Of a DNA stretch of 64,000 nt, positions 58,101 to 64,000 are shown in pieces; within the stretch, counting starts at the first letter, position 1, and each line of letters starts with the position of its first letter. Below the pieces are notes generated by a model. It saw only the letters and a list, made by a program, of their open reading frames with translations. It was not told where the DNA came from and searched no databases. The DNA lies in assembly GCF_040938485.1 (NCBI RefSeq), contig NW_027271313.1, positions 930,001 through 994,000 on the forward strand. The letters are read 5' to 3'. Position numbers and translations under genes: made by a program. The DNA comes from Diadema antillarum. Taxonomy: Eukaryota.

Positions 58101-61100
58101 AGTTGAAAGTCCTGTGTGAGGTGTAGTTTGCTATCCTCACATTACTGCTGCTCCCATCATCACTGGAGCTGCTGCTGCTGCTGGATCGGCGACGTCCAGC
58201 TCTTGAGAGACGCTCCAGCTTGCCCGTATCCAGGCTGATGAGCAGGTCCTTTCGGATGGACATTAAAGAACAATGGTCAGTGCTTGGTCAGAAGGTACTT
58301 CCATTCTCATTTCATAGAGAATGTTTTTAAAGAGGTGACTATGGCTTCTCATCTTTTGGTTCCTGGCATTTTCTACTGACTTCATCACAGGGTAGAGTCC
58401 TACCAAATGGCACATAAACTGAGGTGAGATTCAGTTCCAGGTGAGCAGTCAGGGAATTGGGGATCAAAGTATATTGTAACTTCAAGTGTGAATATGATTT
58501 CCATAACTTGAATGATAGATATTTTGAGGGTTTAGATGAGTATGATGCCAAGAAATCTTGCTGTGAATTATCTATTGCGTGACCTGAAAATGACAAATTC
58601 TCCAGAGATTGGGGTGAGAGGAACTTCTGGGACTAGGTTACCTTGAGGCCATCGGTCTGCTTGGACATGCGTTCATAGAATCCCTGGAGGTCCTCCTGCT
58701 GCTTGGCCAGCTGCTGTGAGAGGTAGAGACTCTGATCCTCCAGTTTGTCATACAGAGTCCTCACGTTGAAGTCTTCGAGGATGGTGGGCTGGCTGCTGGC
58801 CACGCCCGACAACGCTACACCGCTGGCACCGGCTACTGTGGAGCCGGCTATTAGCTCCTCACTGTGAGAAGCATGGAGGAGAGGGGGCAAAAGTTTGAAT
58901 ATTGCTTTAAACTTTGCAAATTTACCAAAATAATCTCGAGTCCATGATTTGTCGTTCTCGACTGTGAGAACAGTTTCTACAGTTCATCAAAATTCTGGTT
59001 GTGTTTAAATAGATATCTATTTGTTATCTTTCTGATCTTCAAGAATAAAAACATGGTTGTTTGCAAAATACTGACTTGGGCAGGCTCAATTTAGATGTAG
59101 CTAACACATGCCAGCTTTACTATGATGCAACATCCAGTCATTTGAAGAAAAAATCACCTTCTTTTAGTATAAATGTAAAAGTTTATGATATTGCATCAAC
59201 AGAGACGGTAAAATTAATGCCATAACAGGGTAGAGGAAGACACCCTCACCGATCATGGTCTTTGTACTGCAGGTAGGCAGGAATCTTGGGTGGTGCACCA
59301 AGGGCTCGGTACTTGGGTTTCCAGGCCTTCATCGGGTAGATGCCCGCATCCTTGGGTCTCCAGACGATCACGGCGGCAACAAGCATCACGATGCAAGCCG
59401 CCAAGAATGCAAGCATACCTGTCAAGGAGCACAAAATGGCAGTTGTGAATTGCTGCTAGTGTCTACTGGACAAAATTCTCTTCTGGGTTTAAAGGGGTTC
59501 CAAAGCATTCCATGACTACAAAACACAGAGTTTCTCTCTTTTTCCCTAGCAACCCTCCTTCAAATGCATAGTAAGTGCAAGATCTACAGAAAATATTTCC
59601 CTTACAATTGTATCTAAATAGCTTACATGCATGTGATTTTTTTTTTTACTATACTACATTTAATTCTTATCTGAAAAGAGACTGCGAAGCAATGATGTGT
59701 GGAACAACCTAAATATATGATACGTACACATCATTACAGTAGGACCGTACTAGGTGTTGTCAAATGAATGAAACATGAACACTTTAAATTCACAGTAGGT
59801 GTACTAGGTGTTATCAAATAAATGACAATAACTGAGTGTTATGTTTCTCACCGATGATGAGACCCCAGTCTGGTGCTTCGTTGATGTTGTTCTGTTTTCC
59901 GATGTCTTGCTCCACCAGGTTGGCCGTGGAAGAGGGCGCCACCTGGATGGCGTCACATGACACGTCCTGCTCCTGCACAGCGACGATGATCTCCCAGCTG
60001 GGCTCCTGGGCGTCGGCGAAGACGTAGCGGCCCGGCTCGGTGAAGACGTGCGCGAAGAACGTGATGGAGACGTTGGTGTTGATGACGTAGAAGCGAAGGT
60101 CGCGGAACTCGCTGTAGTCGAACGTCGGGTTGGTGTTGAAGAGATGGTCCTTGACGTAGACGGGGTAGTTGCTAAGGGAGCGGTTGCTATGGTCGATGGT
60201 GACACGAAAGAGGAGCATGTCCTCCAGCTCCAGACAGAAGAGAGGGTTCTCGATGCCACTCACTCCCGTTGTCGACTGCACCGCCATGAGACGACGTCGG
60301 GATGACTGCGTTCCCATGGAGTAGTTCATCGTCGTGTAGGAATCAGATGTTGAGTAGTACGAAGCCGTTGTCACCTGGATGGTAGTAGCATCTACAAATG
60401 TGCAAGGGACATAAAGACAGATGATCATTAGCTTAGGGATTACTGTATGTGTAGAGTGGTAGTGTCTGCAAATACATGTAATTTTACTGTGACTAGCGAC
60501 AAGACTGAACTGGTGATATTTTGGTTTAGATTACATCCATCTCTAAACATACTAAGAAATCATAGGTGAGTCTTCACAAAACGTGAACCAGCAGTTATAT
60601 CATAAAGCAAGAAAGTCCACATGGTTTCTCTTCATAGTTGCATCTGGTATCAAAATGAATAAGCAATAAACTAAAATAATAAAATTTCAGACGCACACAT
60701 ACCTAATATGTATGTGAGAACAATTTACACACCAACAGGATGTTCTATTTCAGTTTAGACAGTTTGTTTCTTTAATCAGGACTGAGAAATAATGGTCTCC
60801 ACAGGATATGGGTGAAGTTTAAGAGACATACATGTACATGTATGGATGTCTGGAGAAACATCACTTGTTACAGCAATCCCTTGCACAAAAACAACCACAC
60901 GAACAGATGTAGTATACAATCACATGTTTATTTCTGATAAGATTTTTGAACAAATTAATTGGGGGGAGTGTAGAAAATGTCCTGCACAAACCTGAGGTGA
61001 AAGAGTCGCAGTCCTCAACGCTGGTTGGTACGATGCCAGTCGCACCAGTGTCTGAGGTCTCCGCAAATTGTGATCTCTTGGCCCCTGAGGTGAAGGCACT

Positions 61101-63593
61101 CGGGCCAATGGAGCCAGAAATTGACTGGGGGGAGAGAGAGAGAAGGAAGAAACGAATGCTGATTACCTCTAATTTCCCTAATGTCCTCATAAATCAAACT
61201 TCAGTGCATCACAATCTCTATCATTAGGTTGTCCCTCACTGAACAGATGAAACAGGTACAGCTGTATGACACTATAACTTTACCACTATCAGGATCATTA
61301 CTGCATATTGAACGCCAGTTCTGTACCTACACTGTATAACCAGTTATGGTCTCTTTGGGTTTTTTTTTTTTTTTTTCTAAATATATATTGTGCCACAGCA
61401 AATACTGTAAAACACAATATTTTCGCGGCAAGAAATTGTCGCGAATTGAAGCCAACAGCCTTTTTCGCGGCATGAAATGTTTGCACGTTGCCTCTAACAT
61501 TAAATGCATATAATGTAAACAAGAACTTTTGTGTGCATTTTAATTTAGTGAACCTTGGCTCTCACGAAATTAAAATGCATGCAGACATTCCTCGTTTTAC
61601 AATAACAGCTAATTCAAGTATCCCGACAGAGGGAAGTTTCATATTAAGCTAATCAAATGGTTTGCCACTGCGCAGAAAGGTAATATCATAAAAAGCACTG
61701 CAAAAACACACAAACAAACAAACAAATGCTATTAAAGCATAATATACGAAGACAGTTGAGATATTTATGTCACAATCAAATTTGCAATCATAACAATATG
61801 TCACACAATGTTACCTCTGGTGTTTCTGCAGCTTCTTAAAAGCCAACTTGAACAATCAACTTAAAGACTCCTTGCCTAATTTCATAAATTTTTCTTGCAC
61901 AAATCACCATTTGATAGCAACTGCATTTACTTCATCATCTCCCTCCACTCACCTTGCTCATGGTGTTGCCCGATGGGTCCGTGCAGGTCAGACTGAGGGC
62001 ACCGTTGGCGTTGACAGAAATCATGGCGGTGGGTATCACCTGGCTGCAGTTATTTCCACAGATGCTCTCCACAGTGGTGTACGTATTGCATTCACACCTG
62101 GTTGCAAATGGAAATGGGACTGAGGTATTCATTTTCGGATCTAATTAATTGCTAAATATGTCATGACTTGGATGAATTGGTTACTGGGTCATATCTTCCC
62201 TTAGCATCATTTTTGGTTGCCTGGTTGATATCGTATGCTTTCGTTTCATTTTGTCACTTGTTAATTGCAGCTGTTTTGTAGAAGGATTTATATGTGAGGA
62301 TATGTCTCAAGTATTCACACTGCCGAATGCACCACTTGGGGGCTCCGCTTAGACCAAGTATCACTGTTGTGCTGCTTAAGATCCCGCATATGGCAATGAA
62401 TAAGCTGCTCAGATCTGAACAACCCATCATGTTTATTGTCCGCCCTGATTTCTGCACCAAAGGTTTGACAAGTATAGATAATAAAACAAATGCACATGGA
62501 CTTTAATTAGACAGCAGAGCAGGAGTACAGAGTGCCTTGTATTATCATGTGTTGAGCTCAGCAAAAGTTTTACAGGATCCTCAGAGTGAATTTCATTTTC
62601 AGTACGTAAATACTGTGTGCAGTATATCTCCTTGGTAAATCCCCCCAAAACATCACATTTACATAAGGATATTGACAAGCGATTTTCCCCCTCACCTTCC
62701 AACGTCGACATTCCAGGAGCCACCGTTGGTGCCGCACTGCGTGGTGCAGTCCACAGTAGACGGGTCGACGCACTCTCGGGTGCTGGCATCGCGGCTCTGG
62801 GAGAGTTCGCAGCGAGTGTCCACTCTGGGCTGGCAGTCTCCCTCGCCATTGCCCTCGACCTGCTGCTGGTCAGTCTCGTCGTAGTACACATAGCCAGACT
62901 GGCACTCGCAGGACCCGTCCGAGATCTGGAATGACCGGTATGCGCCTGTGCAGGTACATGTTGGGCTTCCTGCAGGCAAGACAGTGAAAGAGTTTCAGAT
63001 TTAGTTTCAATCTAATGACATTTATTTCATGTAAATATTATCATACTAATGTACAATATAGTAGTACAGAGTTGTATGTGATACACAGAAATAAGATTCA
63101 TCAAATGAAGTACAGGTAGCACCTTCACAATATGTTAACAAAATAACTGTTAATCCACTGAGTACAAGAACTCTGTGTTTCCTTTACAAAGTCTAATAAT
63201 AATGACAAACAATAGTGGCCTCTTATAAAATGCTACAGTATTTCAAAATTGATGCTCATGGCACTTTTGCACAACCAACATGTACAGTAAAAGTCTACTG
63301 AATTGAACCATTTTGCAGAAAATGGGTTAATATGGATGTATTTGCAAATGTGAATAGGGACTGAGACCCTTAACACTCACCCGGTTCCGAAGAGGATGCA
63401 CTGCCACAGGGGCGGCAGGCCACCTGGCCCTCCAGGTTGTTGTAGGTGCCCGCCGGGCAGTCCACGCACTGAGAAGCGGCCACGGCCAGGGCCTGGTTGC
63501 CATAGGTACCAGCGGGGCATGGCGTGGGGGCGGAGGAGTTGGCAGGGCAGTAGTAGCCCTTCTCACAGGGGTAGTCCTGGGGGTTGCCAGTAC
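35813..63593 (-). CDS. Very large single-pass membrane protein: ephrin-receptor-like/GCC2-GCC3 Cys repeats, TM helix, long coiled coil, C-terminal HxxxH domain (5' part outside window)
   Basis: 28 phase-compatible exons (6260 nt, ~2085 aa): 63381-63593, 62696-62969, 61953-62097, 60992-61124, 59852-60391, 59250-59418, 58642-58861, 58095-58248, 57168-57430, 56297-56533, 55558-55752, 54628-54831, 53654-53827, 52937-53257, 52050-52274, 51065-51349, 50027-50380, 48378-48540, 47284-47447, 46054-46191, 45203-45334, 44333-44549, 43239-43568, 41906-42260, 41203-41368, 40214-40372, 38501-38659, 35813-35983. Confidence 0.9.
37223..38350 (+). mobile_element. Non-autonomous Helentron-like element (HINE/DINE-1 architecture)
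   Basis: 13-bp sub-terminal inverted repeat TATGCCTCCGCCA (37251-37263) / TGGCGGAGGCATA (38333-38345), 3' hairpin, (GACG)n tract and TGACCTT repeats. Contains a nested MITE. Confidence 0.7.
37896..38108. mobile_element. Tc1/mariner-pogo type MITE (213 bp)
   Basis: Ends TA-CTGTAAAAGTGGA and TCCACTTTTACAG-TA. Near-identical copy at 42401-42613; degenerate copies at ~40520-40840 and ~61403-61590. Confidence 0.88.
39005..39368. mobile_element. Kolobok-like palindromic MITE
   Basis: TTAA on both sides; AGGGGATGGCTAGTAAC / GTTACTAGCCATCCCCT ends with ~155-bp inverted arms. Confidence 0.85.
42401..42613. mobile_element. Tc1/mariner-pogo type MITE (213 bp)
   Basis: Same TIRs and length as 37896-38108. 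Confidence 0.88.
45010..45112. repeat. Three copies of a ~38-bp minisatellite
   Basis: TATGGTGGAA.T.AAATACTTGTCTACATTCCAC unit. Confidence 0.8.
45788..45981. mobile_element. pogo/Tigger-type MITE
   Basis: TACAGTG...CACTGTA ends with GTTATAAC motifs. Confidence 0.7.
47712..47864. mobile_element. Harbinger-like MITE, same family as 15762-15901
   Basis: Ends CAGGGCCCCGTTTCATAA and TTATGAAACGAGGTCCTG; shared core CCTTGCATCTGAT.GGC.GAG.GCAAATTTGTC. Confidence 0.65.
49097..49188. mobile_element. piggyBac-like mini-MITE
   Basis: Shares GCATTTCCCATAGACACTTGCC.GAGTATACTC with 52548-52639; ends CAGG-TTAA. Confidence 0.65.
50730..51030. repeat. (CAT/CAC)n microsatellite
   Basis: Imperfect trinucleotide tract in an intron. 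Confidence 0.9.
52548..52639. mobile_element. piggyBac-like mini-MITE
   Basis: TTAA-CCCGCTGAGGAC ... GTCTTAACAGG-TTAA; second copy at 49097-49188. Confidence 0.7.
54204..54525. repeat. (CAT/CAC)n microsatellite spanning an assembly gap
   Basis: Trinucleotide tract on both sides of the Ns at ~54227-54365. Confidence 0.85.
55925..56106. mobile_element. pogo/Tigger-type MITE
   Basis: TACAGTCAAACCTG ... CAGGTTTGATTGTA ends. Confidence 0.75.
59250..59870 (-). CDS. Transmembrane helix, split across two exons
   Basis: Spliced sequence WGLIIGMLAFLAACIVMLVAAVIVW followed by RPK. Confidence 0.85.
62696..63593 (-). CDS. Extracellular Cys-rich exons (CEKGYYC, CPAGTY repeats; EGF-like)
   Basis: YPCEKGYYCPANSSAPTPCPAGTYG...CVDCPAGTYNN...CRPC is the ephrin-receptor-like/GCC2-GCC3 repeat pattern. 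Confidence 0.85.
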
Positions 63594-64000
63594 CTATTAA
63601 GGTAATGCATGACACAATGGGAGGACAAGAGGTATAAGAGAAAGATGAAGTGACTCTTATACAAAGACAAGTTCAGGAGCCATCTCAAACAGAAATCATC
63701 AAAGTGTTGCTGAAATAGGTTACAGAGGAGGTAAAGTGGTCACTGTTTGTTCATATCTACAAAGAGATTTTACATTGGGAAACTTAATCATTTTGCATAG
63801 AATTGGTATGCTCTTTGCATACCAATGTCATTCCTGACTGATGGGCTTATTGCTAGATTTAGTTGGAATTCAGAATATGCCGGTCTATCTTGGGCAATTT
63901 GACATGTACATGGGTAAATTTTCCTTTATTTCTTTGTTCACTGACAGCCCTGTCTACTGGCCTATCTCTTTGCCAATTAGACTAAATGTTCAGAAAGTAA

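Noticed and set aside
60946-61227. Plus-strand 93-aa ORF that looks protein-like
   Set aside because: It is antisense to exon 60992-61124, which is needed to keep the phase of the large minus-strand gene.

Overview
Eukaryotic, TE-rich genomic DNA. It is probably a marine deuterostome such as an echinoderm; this is inferred from repeat types and intron style only. Main content: (1) Two complete DIRS1-type tyrosine-recombinase retrotransposons of different families in divergent orientation. DIRS-A (7816-12944, minus) has one frameshift in RT. DIRS-B (19177-24174, plus) has all ORFs open. Both have perfect ITR/ICR termini. (2) A 10-exon plus-strand gene (18130-29287) encoding coiled coil + S/P/T linker + atypical non-RD protein kinase, with DIRS-B inside one intron. 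(3) The 3' ~2,085 codons (28 exons) of a very large minus-strand membrane protein with Cys-rich ephrin-receptor-like (GCC2/GCC3) repeats, one TM helix, a long cytoplasmic coiled coil and an HxxxH domain, running off the right edge. (4) A ~2-2.7 kb segmental duplication (609-3310 vs 31250-33213) with a third partial copy, many MITEs, a tRNA-SINE, a Helentron-like element and a minimal hammerhead ribozyme. Best lead: comparing the two DIRS elements shows a shared cis-signal set. Each has an HIV-type U_UUU_UUA slippery site in the gag frame with a covarying downstream stem, a GAG|GTAA donor 17-20 nt after the gag stop, and a CAG|GTT acceptor exactly at the start of the recombinase ORF, both in phase 0. 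Together these predict Gag, Gag-RT/RH/MT (frameshift) and Gag-YR (frameshift plus splicing) from one promoter. These mechanisms are inferred from sequence only and need RNA/ribosome data.
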